64,000 nt of DNA, taken from assembly GCA_963667785.2 (NCBI GenBank), contig CAXXMU010000005.1:288001-352000 (forward strand). The letters are read 5' to 3'. A program made the translations under genes and the position numbers. Shown here piece after piece: positions 40,447 through 51,378 of this stretch. The stretch's first letter is position 1. Each line of letters begins with the position of its first letter. This stretch comes from Alphaproteobacteria bacterium. Its GTDB lineage: Bacteria; Pseudomonadota; Alphaproteobacteria; UBA828. Under the pieces are notes generated by a model. The model ran no database searches. It was not told where the DNA came from and saw only the letters and a list, made by a program, of their open reading frames with translations.

Positions 40447-41712
40447 CTACATCGCCGCTTCGACGGCGTTCACCAGCTCCTCGACGGCGGTCGCGGAATC
40501 GAACTCGCCGTTGAAGTGGGCGGTGACGACGTCATAGATGGCGTTCTTCACCGACGCCGGGCTCGCGTGGCCGTGGGCCATCGAGCCGTAGAGCGTGCCG
40601 TTGGCATTGGCCTCGGCCAGGTCCTTCATGCCCTTCTTGCCGCAGTCGTCGAAGGCCTCGTCGGAGACATCCGTGCGCGCGGGCACCGAGCCCTTGACCA
40701 CGTTGAAGGCGGACTGGAAGGAGGTCGACATGATCGCCGACGCCAGCTTCTCCTGCGCGGAGCGGCGCTCGTCGCCGACCGCGAACATGGCGAACTGGTC
40801 GGCGTTGAAGGTCACCGTCCCCTGCGTGCCGGGATGGCGGAAGCAGACGAAGTCCACGCCCGGCGTCTTGCCGGCATTCAGGAACTCGCCCTTGGCCCAG
40901 TCGCCCATCATCTGCATGCCGGCCTGGCCCTCGATGACCATGGCGGTGGCAAGGTTCCAGTCGCGGCCCGAGAAGTTCTCGTCCACGTAGGAGCGCAATG
41001 TCGCCATGCGATCGAACGCCGTCTTCATGGTATCGGAGCCGAGCGCGTCGGGGTCAAGCTCGATCATGGCCTTCTGGTAGAACTCCGACCCGCCCGTCGA
41101 CATCAGGACGCCGTCGAAGATCGTGGCCTCCTGCCAGGCCTGGCCGCCGTGGGCGAGCGCGACGTAGCCCGCACCCTGGATCGCGTCGAGGGCCGCGACC
41201 AGCTCGTCCCAGGTCGTGGGCGCGGCGATGCCGAGCTCGTCCAGGATCCCCTTGTTCGCCCACACCCAGTTGGTCGAGTGCACGTTGACCGGTGCCGAGA
41301 TCCACTTGTCGTCGTACTTGGCGAAACGCTGGAGCGCCGCCGGCACGACGCCGTCCCAGCCCTCTGCCGCCGCGACGGCGTTGAGGTCCGCAAGCGCGCC
41401 CTCGGCGGCCCAGTCCTGAATGTCGAAGCCCAGCATCTGCACCGCGGTCGGCGGATTGCCGGCGGTGACGCGCGCGCGCAGCACGGTCATCGCCTCGGTC
41501 CCGCCGCCCCCGGCGACCGGCATGTCCTGCCAGGTGACGCCCTGGCCTTCGAGGTCCTGCTTGAGGACGTTGAGGGCGGCCGCTTCGCCACCTGAGGTCC
41601 ACCAGTGCAGGACCTCGACTTCTTCGGCGGCCTCGGCGGCGGGCGTCAGCCCCACCGCAAGGGTCATCGCGGCGCCGGCGACGCCTGCCGCAAGGAAAGA
41701 CTTGAGTCTCAT
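40447..41712 (-). CDS. Glucose/mannose-type ABC substrate-binding protein (GtsA-like)
   Basis: [50 protein letters not shown]. Confidence 0.9.
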   Translation of the reverse strand: MRLKSFLAAGVAGAAMTLAVGLTPAAEAAEEVEVLHWWTSGGEAAALNVLKQDLEGQGVTWQDMPVAGGGGTEAMTVLRARVTAGNPPTAVQMLGFDIQDWAAEGALADLNAVAAAEGWDGVVPAALQRFAKYDDKWISAPVNVHSTNWVWANKGILDELGIAAPTTWDELVAALDAIQGAGYVALAHGGQAWQEATIFDGVLMSTGGSEFYQKAMIELDPDALGSDTMKTAFDRMATLRSYVDENFSGRDWNLATAMVIEGQAGMQMMGDWAKGEFLNAGKTPGVDFVCFRHPGTQGTVTFNADQFAMFAVGDERRSAQEKLASAIMSTSFQSAFNVVKGSVPARTDVSDEAFDDCGKKGMKDLAEANANGTLYGSMAHGHASPASVKNAIYDVVTAHFNGEFDSATAVEELVNAVEAAM

Positions 41713-42006
41713 GTTAGGTCTCCCGTTGGTTGAATGCGCTTCTCACACTCGGTTGGTCCGGCTTTCCCGCGCATTCCGTTGGGAGCCGGTCCGCATTCTG
41801 TGGCCCAGGGATGTCGTCGGATGTCGCGACGGCGGCGTGCAGTTGCAGGGCTTAATCCCATAGTTCGCTGTGGCCGCGCTAGTGGCGATTGACCGGAAAG
41901 GGTCGCAGGATTCCTCTCCGTGATGCTGGATACGCCATCACGAATGTCGTCCATGCCGCCGGCACCGCCTGTCGCGAGCCGGGCGTCCACTCGCACGCCG
42001 AAAACA

Positions 42007-43821
42007 CTACACGACGACTGCGGCGCCAGACCCTGCCGGGCCGACGTTGTTGCGGAAGGCGGCGAAGAGCTCGCGCCCGATGCCGCTCGCATTGGCGGAG
42101 AGATCGGCCTCTGCCGGCGCGCGGGCGGCGAATTCGGCCGCATCGACAAGCACGTCGAGCCGACCTGCCGCGGCGTCGAGCCGGAGCACATCGCCGTCGC
42201 GCACCCGCGCGATGGCCCCGCCGGCCGCGGCCTCGGGCGTGACGTGGATGGCCGCCGGCACCTTGCCCGACGCGCCTGACATACGCCCGTCGGTGACCAG
42301 CGCCACGCGGAAGCCGCGATCCTGCAAACTGCCGAGTATCGGCGTCAGCGCGTGCAGCTCGGGCATGCCGTTGGCCTGCGGGCCCTGGAAGCGCAGCACG
42401 CAGACGAGATCGCTTTCGAGCGCGCCGTCGCGGAACGCAGCCCTGACCTCCTCCTGATCGTGGAACACGCGGGCCGGGGCCTCGACGACATGGTGCTCAG
42501 GTCTAACCGCCGACGTCTTGATGACCGTCTGGCCGAGATTGCCGCTCAGCACGACGAGCCCGCCGGTGCGTTGGAACGGATCGGATGCCGCCCGCAGAAT
42601 TCTGTCGCTCAGGCTCGTGCGGGCGCCCTCGCGCCAGGCAAGCCCATCGGCGCCCAGCACCGGCTCCCGGGTGTAGCGGGCCAGCCCGTCGCCCGCGACG
42701 GTGCGGACGTCGCCGTGCAGGAGCCCGGCTTCCAGCAGCTCGCCGATCATGAAACCTAACCCGCCGGCGGCGTGGAAGTGGTTCACGTCCGCCAGCCCGT
42801 TGGGATAGACGCGGGCCATCAGCGGGGTTGCGGCGGAAAGCGCCGCCATGTCTGTCCAGTCGATCAGCACGCCGGCGGCACGCGCCATCGCGACCAGGTG
42901 CAGGGTCAGATTGGTCGAGCCGCCGGTGGCGTGCAGGCCGACCATGCCGTTGACGAAGGCGCGCTCGTCGAGCACCGCGCTCGTGGGCGTGTAGGCGTTG
43001 CCGTCGGCGGTAATCTTCAGCGCCCGCCGTGCCGCCGCACGGGTCAGCGCCTCGCGCAGCGGCGTGCCGGGATTGACGAAGCTCGCGCCCGGCAGGTGCA
43101 GGCCCATGAACTCCATCAGCATCTGGTTCGAATTCGCCGTGCCGTAGAACGTGCAGGTGCCGGGGCCGTGATAGGACGCCATCTCGGCGGCCATGAGCTC
43201 GTCCCGGTCGATTTCGCCGCGGGCGAAGCGCTGGCGCACGGCGGCCTTCTCGTCGTTCGGCAGGCCCGAGGTCATCGGCCCCGCCGGGACGAAGATCCCC
43301 GGGATGTGGCCGAAGGTGGCCGCTGCGATCACGAGGCCGGGGACGATCTTGTCGCACACGCCAAGGAAGATCGCGGCGTCGAAGCAGTTGTGCGAGAGCG
43401 CCACGCCCGCCGCCAGCGCGATCACGTCGCGGCTGAAGAGCGAGAGCTCCATGCCCGGCCGGCCCTGGGTGACGCCGTCGCACATCGCCGGCACGCCGCC
43501 GGCGACCTGGGCGGTGCCGCCCGCCTGCCGGGCCGCATCGCGGATCAGCGCGGGATACCCCTCGAACGGCTGGTGGGCCGAGAGCATGTCGTTGTAGGCG
43601 GTAACGATGCCGATGTTGCCGGCGCTGCCTTCGCTCTGTCGCGCCTTGTCGGCTGCCGGGCTGGCGGCGAAGGCGTGCGCGAGGTTGCCGCAGGAGAGAT
43701 GCGCGCGCGCGGGCCCTGCGTCGGCAGCGCGGGTCATGCGTTCGAGATAGGCGGTGCGGGCGCTCCGGCTGCGTGCGCGGATGCACTCCGTCACCCGGTG
43801 GACGGTATCGTTCAGTGGCAT
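42007..43821 (-). CDS. edd: 6-phosphogluconate dehydratase
   Basis: [46 protein letters not shown]. Confidence 0.97.
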   Translation of the reverse strand: MPLNDTVHRVTECIRARSRSARTAYLERMTRAADAGPARAHLSCGNLAHAFAASPAADKARQSEGSAGNIGIVTAYNDMLSAHQPFEGYPALIRDAARQAGGTAQVAGGVPAMCDGVTQGRPGMELSLFSRDVIALAAGVALSHNCFDAAIFLGVCDKIVPGLVIAAATFGHIPGIFVPAGPMTSGLPNDEKAAVRQRFARGEIDRDELMAAEMASYHGPGTCTFYGTANSNQMLMEFMGLHLPGASFVNPGTPLREALTRAAARRALKITADGNAYTPTSAVLDERAFVNGMVGLHATGGSTNLTLHLVAMARAAGVLIDWTDMAALSAATPLMARVYPNGLADVNHFHAAGGLGFMIGELLEAGLLHGDVRTVAGDGLARYTREPVLGADGLAWREGARTSLSDRILRAASDPFQRTGGLVVLSGNLGQTVIKTSAVRPEHHVVEAPARVFHDQEEVRAAFRDGALESDLVCVLRFQGPQANGMPELHALTPILGSLQDRGFRVALVTDGRMSGASGKVPAAIHVTPEAAAGGAIARVRDGDVLRLDAAAGRLDVLVDAAEFAARAPAEADLSANASGIGRELFAAFRNNVGPAGSGAAVVV

Positions 43822-43842
43822 CGGGCTCTCCCGATCGTTGCC

Positions 43843-44496
43843 TTACGGCGCCCAGTAGATCGTGGCAGGGCGCGGCCCGTCGAGGACCAGGCGGACCGGC
43901 GCCTCGGCAGGGCCAGTCGTATTCCGTGCCCCGTCGAGCGCCGCGCGCTTTGCCGCGTCGTGGATCAGCACGAAGCACCGGCCCGCCCCGGTCAGCGCCG
44001 GCGCGGTGAGGGTGATGCGTTCCTCCGGCGCACCGGGGGCGCAGAGCCGCAGCGCCGGCGTGCGGCAGTCCGGCGAGAGCGCCTCGGCCAGGCGCTCGGC
44101 GCCGGGGAAGAGCGAGGCGACGTGCAGATCCTCTCCCATCCCCAGCACGCAGGCATCGAGCGGCAGGAGCGCCGAGAGCGCGCGTACGTCGTCGAGCGCC
44201 ACGAAGCGCGCGGCGCGGGCCGGGCCCGCGAACAGCGTTTCTCCCAGCAGGCGCCGGTTCGAGCGGGGATGGTCGGCGGGAACGCAGCGCTCGTCGGTGA
44301 GCGTCACCGCGACGGACGCCCAGTCGAGCGTCTGGCCGCCGAGCGCGGTGAGGAACGCGGCGGGCGTGGTGCCGCCCGGCACAGCGAGCGCGGCGCGGCC
44401 GGTGTCTCGAATCGCCGCGTCCAGCACCGCTGCGACCTCGCCGGCGAGAAGACGGGCCAGCGCGCGCCCGTCCGCGGCCTCGACGATCTGCGTCAC
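43843..44496 (-). CDS. pgl: 6-phosphogluconolactonase
   Basis: GGTTP, DERCV..HPRSN, LGMGEDLHVASLFP, RITLT; lies between zwf and edd. Confidence 0.93.
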   Translation of the reverse strand: MTQIVEAADGRALARLLAGEVAAVLDAAIRDTGRAALAVPGGTTPAAFLTALGGQTLDWASVAVTLTDERCVPADHPRSNRRLLGETLFAGPARAARFVALDDVRALSALLPLDACVLGMGEDLHVASLFPGAERLAEALSPDCRTPALRLCAPGAPEERITLTAPALTGAGRCFVLIHDAAKRAALDGARNTTGPAEAPVRLVLDGPRPATIYWAP

Positions 44497-45956
44497 GCCG
44501 CGACCGCGCGCCAGCGTCGGCCGTCGCGATGCATCAGCATCAGCGCATCTTCGGGGCCTGACGAATAGCTGTCGTAAGCCTGCGGCCGCTCGGGCGCGGC
44601 CTCCGTCGCAGCGATGATCGGATCGATCCAGCGCCAGGCCGCCTCGACCTCGTCGCCGCGCATGAACAGGGTCTGGTCGCCGCGAATCACGTCCATCACC
44701 AGCCGCTCGTAGGCATCCGGCATGCTCAGCCCTTCTGCGCCCAGGGTCTCGGCGAAGGTCATGTCGAGCGGCGCCTCGCAGAGCCGCATGCCGCCGGGGC
44801 CCGGCTCCTTGATGGTCAGTCTGAGCGTGATCCCCTCGTCCGGCTGCAACCTGATCGCCAGCACGTTGGGATGCGTGCCTCCCGCGCTCTCGGGGAAGAT
44901 CGAATGCGGCGCGTCCTTGAAGACGATGGCGATCTCCGACATCCGCGCCCGCAGCCGCTTGCCGGTGCGTAGGTAGAACGGCGCACCGTTCCAGCGCCAG
45001 TTGGCGATCTCCGCCTTGATCGCCACGAAGCTCTCGGTGCGCGATGCGGGGTTCTCCGCATCCTCCGGATAACCCGCCTCGCCATCGATGCCGCGATACT
45101 GGCCCAGTACCACGCAGCCCAGCCCCTCCAGCGGCTTCAGGCTGCGCAGCACCTTGAGCTTCTCGTCGCGCACCGCGTCCGGCTCGAAGTGCGCCGGTGG
45201 CTCCATGGCGATGAGGCAGAGAAGCTGCAGGAGATGGTTCTGCATCATGTCGCGAAGCGCGCCGTTGCGCTCGTAGTAGGCGCCCCGACCGCCGACGCCG
45301 ACCCGCTCGGCGACGGTGATCTGCACGTGGTCGACATGGCGGGCGTTCCAGATGGGCTCGAACAGCGCGTTGGCGAAGCGCAGCGCCATCAGGTTCTGCA
45401 CCGTCTCCTTCCCGAGATAGTGGTCGATCCGGTAGATCTGGCGCTCCGCGAACAGCGTCGCGAGCCGGCGGTTCAGCGCCTGCGCGCTCTCGAGATCGCG
45501 GCCGAACGGCTTCTCGACGACCAGCCGGGTGTCGGGTGTCCGGCAGCCGCTCCGCGCCACCCGTTCGGCGATCGGGCCGAAGAGGTGCGGCACCACCGAG
45601 AGATAGAAGGCCCGCATGCGCGCAGAGCCCTCGAGGCTTGCGGCGAGCGACGCCCAGCCGCCCTCGCCCTCCGCTTCGACGCGCACATAGTCGAGCATGG
45701 CGAGGAAGGCTGCCATCCGGTCGGGATCCGACGCGTCCGTGCCCGCATGCTCCTTCAGCGCCGCCTCGGCCATGCGGCGATAGCCGTCGGCGTCGAGCTC
45801 CCTGCGGCCGACGGCGACGATCCGCGATTCCGGCAACGCCTGGCCGGCGAGCATGCGGCGATAGAGCCCGGGCAGCAGCTTACGCCGCGCGAGATCGCCC
45901 GTGCCGCCGAAGACCACGAGATCGAAGGGATCGACCGGAATGACCCGCGCAACCAT
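44493..45956 (-). CDS. zwf: Glucose-6-phosphate 1-dehydrogenase
   Basis: GGTGDLA, EKPFG, RIDHYLGKETVQN, RTGKR. Confidence 0.98.
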   Translation of the reverse strand: MVARVIPVDPFDLVVFGGTGDLARRKLLPGLYRRMLAGQALPESRIVAVGRRELDADGYRRMAEAALKEHAGTDASDPDRMAAFLAMLDYVRVEAEGEGGWASLAASLEGSARMRAFYLSVVPHLFGPIAERVARSGCRTPDTRLVVEKPFGRDLESAQALNRRLATLFAERQIYRIDHYLGKETVQNLMALRFANALFEPIWNARHVDHVQITVAERVGVGGRGAYYERNGALRDMMQNHLLQLLCLIAMEPPAHFEPDAVRDEKLKVLRSLKPLEGLGCVVLGQYRGIDGEAGYPEDAENPASRTESFVAIKAEIANWRWNGAPFYLRTGKRLRARMSEIAIVFKDAPHSIFPESAGGTHPNVLAIRLQPDEGITLRLTIKEPGPGGMRLCEAPLDMTFAETLGAEGLSMPDAYERLVMDVIRGDQTLFMRGDEVEAAWRWIDPIIAATEAAPERPQAYDSYSSGPEDALMLMHRDGRRWRAVAA

Positions 45957-46030
45957 GCTCAGTCCACCTCAGTTGAGGGCGGCATCGATAGACGTACTCC
46001 GCTGCCCCGACCGATCAAGTGGGCATGCGG

Positions 46031-46957
46031 TCAAAGCTCATGCCGCCACGGCGGGTTCGCCCCGGCGCGGGAGACGGTGATCGCGGCAACCCGGGCGCCG
46101 AAGCGCAAGGCGTCGCGCATCCGATCCGGATCGATGGCGGCGAGCGACCCCTTGATGAGCAGTCCGAGTTCCGCGAGCTTGGCCAGCACGCCCGCATTGA
46201 ACGTATCGCCCGCGCCGATCGTGTCGACGACATCGACGCGGTCGACCGGGACCGAGACCTCGGTGCCGTCCTTCAGGAAGGCGGTAGCGCCGGCGCCGCT
46301 CCGCGTCAGGATCACGACGGGCGGCCCGGCCTGGCGGACGAATTCCAGCTTCTCGAACAGCGATTGCGGGCCGGGGTAGATCCAGTTCAAGTCCTCGTCA
46401 GAGACTTTCACGATGTCCGACAGCGCGATCATCCGATCCAGACGGTCGCGATAGCGCCTGATGTCCCGGATGAAGCCGGGGCGGATGTTGGGATCGAGCA
46501 TGACGACGCGGGCCGCAGCTTCGCGCTTGAGAAGCGCAGCGTAGGCCTCGGCGCCGGGCTCGAAGACCAGGCTGATGCCACCGAAGTAGAGCGTGCTGAC
46601 CTCGCCGGGCAGCGGCGGCATGTCGGCCCGGTCGAGCATCCGTCCGGCCGAGTTCTCGTCGTAGAACAGGTAGGAGGCATGGCCATCCGTAAGCTGGACG
46701 AAGGCGAGCGTGGTGGGACGGCCGGACGTGACGACGAGCGACGTGTCGACATGGTTGGCATGAAGGGACGCGGTCAATTGCTGGCCGAACAGATCGCTGG
46801 AAAGTCCGGTCAGCATGCCTGTCTGCACGCCCAGCCGCCCAAGAGCGATCGCGGTGTTGAAGACTGCGCCGCCGACGTGCGGCACATAACCCTCCTGCCC
46901 TGACGCGGTCGGCGTCGGGATCATGTCGATCAGGGCTTCACCACAGCAAAGCAGCAT
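46031..46957 (-). CDS. PfkB-family carbohydrate kinase (fructokinase-like)
   Basis: GEALID, GGAVFNTA, DPNIRP, KVSDED, DTIGAGDTF. Confidence 0.92.
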   Translation of the reverse strand: MLLCCGEALIDMIPTPTASGQEGYVPHVGGAVFNTAIALGRLGVQTGMLTGLSSDLFGQQLTASLHANHVDTSLVVTSGRPTTLAFVQLTDGHASYLFYDENSAGRMLDRADMPPLPGEVSTLYFGGISLVFEPGAEAYAALLKREAAARVVMLDPNIRPGFIRDIRRYRDRLDRMIALSDIVKVSDEDLNWIYPGPQSLFEKLEFVRQAGPPVVILTRSGAGATAFLKDGTEVSVPVDRVDVVDTIGAGDTFNAGVLAKLAELGLLIKGSLAAIDPDRMRDALRFGARVAAITVSRAGANPPWRHEL

Positions 46958-46961
46958 CAGA

Positions 46962-48449
46962 TCACGCCTCCACGCCGTCGAAGAACCGGTGCAGGGCTTC
47001 CCGCAGGCCCCTGGATGTTACTTCTTCGAGCTGCCGCGCGAAGGCTTCCTCCAACCGCTTGCTTTGGCCGAGGTCGCCGAAGACTTCGGAGAGGCCGAGG
47101 AACGCCGTTGGGTCGCTCCGCGCGGCGCGGGCTGCAGAGGTCAGCTGGTCGCTCCTCTGGTCTTGCAAGGCGATCCCGCAGTCGGCGGCGGTGGCGCATA
47201 GGCGGCTCCAGAACGCGATCTCGAGTGCCAACCCGTCGATCGGCGCCCCCCGCTCCAGGGCGTCCGAGACCGTGGGCAGGACGAACTTCGGCAGCCGATT
47301 CGAGGCGTCCTGGCAGAGCCGCGCGATGGTGTCGCCGAGCGCTGGGTTCGAGAAGCGCCGGGCGCAGGTCGTCAGGTAGTCGTCGAAGTCGAGGCCGGAA
47401 ATCGGCGTGAGCACCGGAATGACCTCGCGGCGCATCAACTGCATCATCCAGTGCGCGATGTCCTTATCGTCCATGGCGTCGTGAACGGCCTCGTAGCCGA
47501 GCAGGGCCGACGGATAGGCGATTGCCATGTGGCTCGCGTTGAGGATGCGGAGCTTCATGGTCTCATATGGCGTGACGTCGTCGACGAATTGCACGCCGAC
47601 ATGCTCCAGCGCCGGGCGGCCCTCGGGGAAGTTGTCCTCGATCACCCACTGCCTGAAGGGCTCGCAGACGACAGGGGCGGCATCGTCCAGCCCGAAGCGC
47701 TCCGCCACCAGCTCGCGCTCGCGCTCCGATGTGGCGGGCGTGATGCAATCGACCATCGCGTTCGGAAAGGCGACGTTCGCGGCAATCCAGTCGTGCAGGT
47801 CGCCTGAGACCAGGCCTGCGAGGCCGAGCACGGTCCGGCGGGTGACATCCCCGTTGTGCGGAACGTTGTCACAGGAGAGCACGGTGAACGGCGCAATCTT
47901 TCGCGCCCGGCGCCGTTCGAGAGCCGCGAGCAGCACGCCGAACACGGTCTGCGGATCGCCGGGATGCTCCACGTCGTGGCGGATTTCCGGATGCTCCGCA
48001 TCGAAACCGCCGGTCGTCGCATCGATAAAGTATCCGCCCTCGGTGATCGTCAGCGAGACGATGCGGATCGCCGGGTCGGTCAGGCGGGCGATGATCGCCC
48101 CTGCCCGCACCTCGCAGAAATCGACCATCGAGCCCGTGATGCGCGCCGAGGACCCGTCGGCGCTGAGGTCGACCACCGTCGTGAGCCAGTCCTGTGCTTC
48201 AAGCCGGCGCCGTTGCTCCGCGTCATAGGACTTCATCCCGGCACCGACGACTGCCCAGTCGAGATCGCGGCCCTGCTCGAAGAGCCTGTCCAGGTAGATC
48301 ATCTGGTGGGAGCGATGGAAGTTGCCGACACCGATATGAAGGATGCCGGGGCTCAGCGATGACCGCTCGTAGCGAGGGCCGGCGACGCTGCCGGGCAGAC
48401 GGTCGAGAGTGGCGAGGGAGAGTTTCACAGGTTTGACCACACTATTCAT
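46962..48449 (-). CDS. mtlK: Mannitol 2-dehydrogenase
   Basis: HIGVGNFHRSHQ, LTITEGGY, SCDN, MVDCITP, EPFRQWV, KLRILN. Confidence 0.92.
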   Translation of the reverse strand: MNSVVKPVKLSLATLDRLPGSVAGPRYERSSLSPGILHIGVGNFHRSHQMIYLDRLFEQGRDLDWAVVGAGMKSYDAEQRRRLEAQDWLTTVVDLSADGSSARITGSMVDFCEVRAGAIIARLTDPAIRIVSLTITEGGYFIDATTGGFDAEHPEIRHDVEHPGDPQTVFGVLLAALERRRARKIAPFTVLSCDNVPHNGDVTRRTVLGLAGLVSGDLHDWIAANVAFPNAMVDCITPATSERERELVAERFGLDDAAPVVCEPFRQWVIEDNFPEGRPALEHVGVQFVDDVTPYETMKLRILNASHMAIAYPSALLGYEAVHDAMDDKDIAHWMMQLMRREVIPVLTPISGLDFDDYLTTCARRFSNPALGDTIARLCQDASNRLPKFVLPTVSDALERGAPIDGLALEIAFWSRLCATAADCGIALQDQRSDQLTSAARAARSDPTAFLGLSEVFGDLGQSKRLEEAFARQLEEVTSRGLREALHRFFDGVEA

Positions 48450-48571
48450 TCTTGTTGTCCGCGCCGCTGGTTGTGGGTGACGCGGCACGCCGCGTACGAG
48501 GAGATGAGTGAAGCCGTTCCGCTCAGGCCCTGCAGCGTGAACGGCGCCGTTTTTCCGTCCCTGCCGGTCAT
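48446..48571 (-). pseudogene. 41-codon mini-ORF, probable smoS (sorbitol dehydrogenase) deletion relic
   Basis: [15 protein letters not shown]..; ATGA overlaps with both smoK and mtlK. Confidence 0.45.
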
Positions 48572-49572
48572 TCGATCCGCAGGCCTGCGGCGTCGAATCG
48601 ATGGAGCTTGGCCGGATCGGGGGTCAGGTAGACGGTATCGCCGTGGCCCGCGCCGTACTCGCCCCCGGCGCGGACGGTAAGCGTTCCCGAGCCATCCGAA
48701 AGATGCACGTAGAGGAAGGTGTCCGAGCCCAGATGCTCGGCGACGCCGACCGTGCCCTGCCAGGCTCCGTCGGTGGTCGAGATCGTCAGGTGCTCCGGGC
48801 GGATGCCGATGCTGTGCGCGCCGCGCCGGGCCGCTTCCTCGCCGTTGACGAAGTTCATCGTGGGCGAGCCGATGAAGCCCGCCACGAACCTGTTGCGCGG
48901 CGCGCTGTAGAGCTCCATGGGGCTCCCCACCTGCTCGATCACGCCCTCCTGCAGCACGACGATCTTCTCGGCCATGGTCATGGCCTCGACCTGATCGTGG
49001 GTGACGTAGACCATGGTGGTCTCGAGGCTCTGGTGCAGCTCGGAGATCTCGAGCCGCATGTTCACGCGGAGCGCCGCGTCGAGATTCGAGAGCGGCTCGT
49101 CGAACAGAAATGCGGTCGGGTCACGGACGATGGCCCGGCCGATGGCGACCCGCTGGCGCTGCCCGCCGGAGAGCTGACGGGGGCGGCGGTCGAGGTACTC
49201 GGTCAGGTTGAGAACCCTGGCCGCCTCCTCGACCTTCCTCATTTGCTCGTCCTTGCCGAGCCCCGCCATGCGCAGCGGAAAGGCGATGTTCTTGCGCACC
49301 GACATGTGCGGGTAGAGCGCGTAGGACTGGAACACCATGGCCAGGCGCCGCTTGGCCGGAGGCACGGCGGTGGCGTCCGCCCCGTCGATCTCGATGCGGC
49401 CGGAGGTGACGTCCTCGAGGCCTGCGATCAGCCGCAGGAGGGTGGACTTGCCGCAGCCCGACGGGCCGACGAAGACCACGAATTCACCGTCGGAAATCTC
49501 CAGGTCCAGCGGCCGGATCACCTCCACGTCGCCGAAGCTCTTGGAAACTGCGTCCAGTCGTATCTGGCCCAT
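48568..49572 (-). CDS. smoK: Polyol ABC transporter ATP-binding protein
   Basis: [25 protein letters not shown]; smo operon context. Confidence 0.88.
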   Translation of the reverse strand: MGQIRLDAVSKSFGDVEVIRPLDLEISDGEFVVFVGPSGCGKSTLLRLIAGLEDVTSGRIEIDGADATAVPPAKRRLAMVFQSYALYPHMSVRKNIAFPLRMAGLGKDEQMRKVEEAARVLNLTEYLDRRPRQLSGGQRQRVAIGRAIVRDPTAFLFDEPLSNLDAALRVNMRLEISELHQSLETTMVYVTHDQVEAMTMAEKIVVLQEGVIEQVGSPMELYSAPRNRFVAGFIGSPTMNFVNGEEAARRGAHSIGIRPEHLTISTTDGAWQGTVGVAEHLGSDTFLYVHLSDGSGTLTVRAGGEYGAGHGDTVYLTPDPAKLHRFDAAGLRIE

Positions 49573-49582
49573 GCCGGGTCTC

Positions 49583-50413
49583 CTATTTCACCGCGCCGAA
49601 GGTGAGCCCGCGCACGAGCTGCCTCTGGCTGAACCAGCCCATGATCAGGATGGGTGCGATGGCGAGGGTGCTGGCGGCGCTCAACTTGGCGTAGAACAGG
49701 CCTTCGGGGCTCGAGTAGGCGGCGATGAAGGCCGTCAGCGGCGCCGCCTTGGCGGCGGTCAGGTTCAGGGTCCAGAACGCCTCGTTCCAGGCGAGGATGA
49801 TGTTCAGAAGCAGGGTCGAGGCGATGCCGGGCACCGCCATCGGCATCAGGACGTGGATGATTTCCGAACGCAGCGTGGCGCCGTCCATCCGCGCGGCTTC
49901 CAGGATGTCGACGGGAATCTCCCTGAAGTAGGTGTAGAGCATCCAGACGATGATCGGCAGGTTGATGAGGGTGAGCACGATCACCAGCCCGGCTTGCGTG
50001 TCGAGCAATCCGACGTCCCGGAAGATCAGGTAGATCGGGACCAGAACGCCCACCGGCGGCAGCATCTTGGTGGACAGCATCCACATCAGGACGTGCTTGG
50101 TGCGCTTCGTGGGGACGAAGGCCATCGACCAGGCCGCCGGGATCGCGATGATCAGCCCTAGCGCTGTGGAGCCGAGCGAGATGATCACCGAGTTCAGGAA
50201 GTGCCGGAAATAGTCCGAGCGCTCCTGAACGATGGCGAAGTTCTCCAGCGTCCAGTCGAACAGGACGAAGCTGGGAGGCGAGGCGATCGCCTCGGCTTCT
50301 GTCTTGAAGCTGGTCAGGATCGTCCAGAGGATCGGGAAGAAGATCGCCAGCCCGATGATCCAGGCGACGGCCGTTACGGTGGCCTTGCGGGCGGGTGTGA
50401 CGTTGCGCGCCAT
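49583..50413 (-). CDS. smoG: Polyol ABC transporter permease
   Basis: [45 protein letters not shown]. Confidence 0.88.
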   Translation of the reverse strand: MARNVTPARKATVTAVAWIIGLAIFFPILWTILTSFKTEAEAIASPPSFVLFDWTLENFAIVQERSDYFRHFLNSVIISLGSTALGLIIAIPAAWSMAFVPTKRTKHVLMWMLSTKMLPPVGVLVPIYLIFRDVGLLDTQAGLVIVLTLINLPIIVWMLYTYFREIPVDILEAARMDGATLRSEIIHVLMPMAVPGIASTLLLNIILAWNEAFWTLNLTAAKAAPLTAFIAAYSSPEGLFYAKLSAASTLAIAPILIMGWFSQRQLVRGLTFGAVK

Positions 50414-50431
50414 GTCGCGATCCCCCTCCCC

Positions 50432-51304
50432 TCAGGCATCCAGATTCTTGCCGATCATCCGCATCAGGAAGATCGCGACGATGTTGGCCAGGATGATGGC
50501 GATGATCCCGCCGGCGGCTCCGCCGCCCACGTCGAAGTGCAGGAGCGACTGGGCGTAGATCAGGAAGGTCAGGTTGGTGGAAGCCGTGCCGGGGCCGCCG
50601 TTCGTTGTCACCAGGATCTCGGCGAAGATCGACAGCAGGAAGATCGTCTGGATCAGGATCACCACGGTGATCGCGCGCGCGAGGTGCGGCAGCACGATGA
50701 AGAGGAAGCGGTTCCAGTAGTTCGCGCCGTCCATCTCCGAGGCTTCGAGCTGCTCGCTGTCGAGAGACTGCAGGGCGGTCAGCAGGATCAGGGTGGCGAA
50801 CGGCAGCCACTGCCAGCTCACCATCAGGATGATCGAGAAGAGCGGCGCGTGCGCCAGGAAGTCGAACGGCTCGAGCCCGAGCCCCTTGGCGGCGTGCGCG
50901 AACAGGCCTGAGACCGGGTTCATGAACATGTTCTTCCACACCAGGGCAGACACTGTCGGCATGATGAAGAAGGGCGCGATCACCAGGACGCGGACGATCC
51001 CCCGGCCCCAGAAGGGCTGATCGAGCAGCAGCGCCAGCAGCACGCCGCCGATGACGGTGATCGCGAGGACGCCGCCGACGAGCACCAGGGTGTTCCGGAG
51101 TGCGTCGAAGAAGGCCGGGTCGGTGAGGAAGAAGCGGTAGTTGGTCAGGCCGGTCCATTGTTCCATGCCCGGCATGAGCAGGTTGTAGCGCAGGAGCGAG
51201 AAATAGACCGTGAGCCCGAGCGGAATGAGCATCCAGCCCAGCAGCAGCAGGACCGCGGGAGAGATCATCAGCCGCGCATGCACTCGGGAGTGTTGCGTCG
51301 GCAT
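50432..51304 (-). CDS. smoF: Polyol ABC transporter permease
   Basis: APFFIMPTVSALVWKN, WQWLPFA, EASEMDGA, TNGGPG. Confidence 0.88.
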   Translation of the reverse strand: MPTQHSRVHARLMISPAVLLLLGWMLIPLGLTVYFSLLRYNLLMPGMEQWTGLTNYRFFLTDPAFFDALRNTLVLVGGVLAITVIGGVLLALLLDQPFWGRGIVRVLVIAPFFIMPTVSALVWKNMFMNPVSGLFAHAAKGLGLEPFDFLAHAPLFSIILMVSWQWLPFATLILLTALQSLDSEQLEASEMDGANYWNRFLFIVLPHLARAITVVILIQTIFLLSIFAEILVTTNGGPGTASTNLTFLIYAQSLLHFDVGGGAAGGIIAIILANIVAIFLMRMIGKNLDA

Positions 51305-51329
51305 GGATCGGGCCTCCCGATTGCGTCGG

Positions 51330-51366
51330 GTTCGGTGGGGGCCGGCCCGCCGGCCCCCACCGAAAC
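51330..51366 (-). terminator. GC-rich intergenic hairpin between smoE and smoF (attenuator or mRNA stabiliser)
   Basis: TTCGGTGGGGGCCGGC-CC-GCCGGCCCCCACCGAA. Confidence 0.6.
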
Positions 51367-51378
51367 AAGAGGCTCAGC

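Noticed and set aside
42007-45956. Absence of eda and glk beside zwf-pgl-edd
   Set aside because: zwf-pgl-edd without eda is a common alphaproteobacterial arrangement
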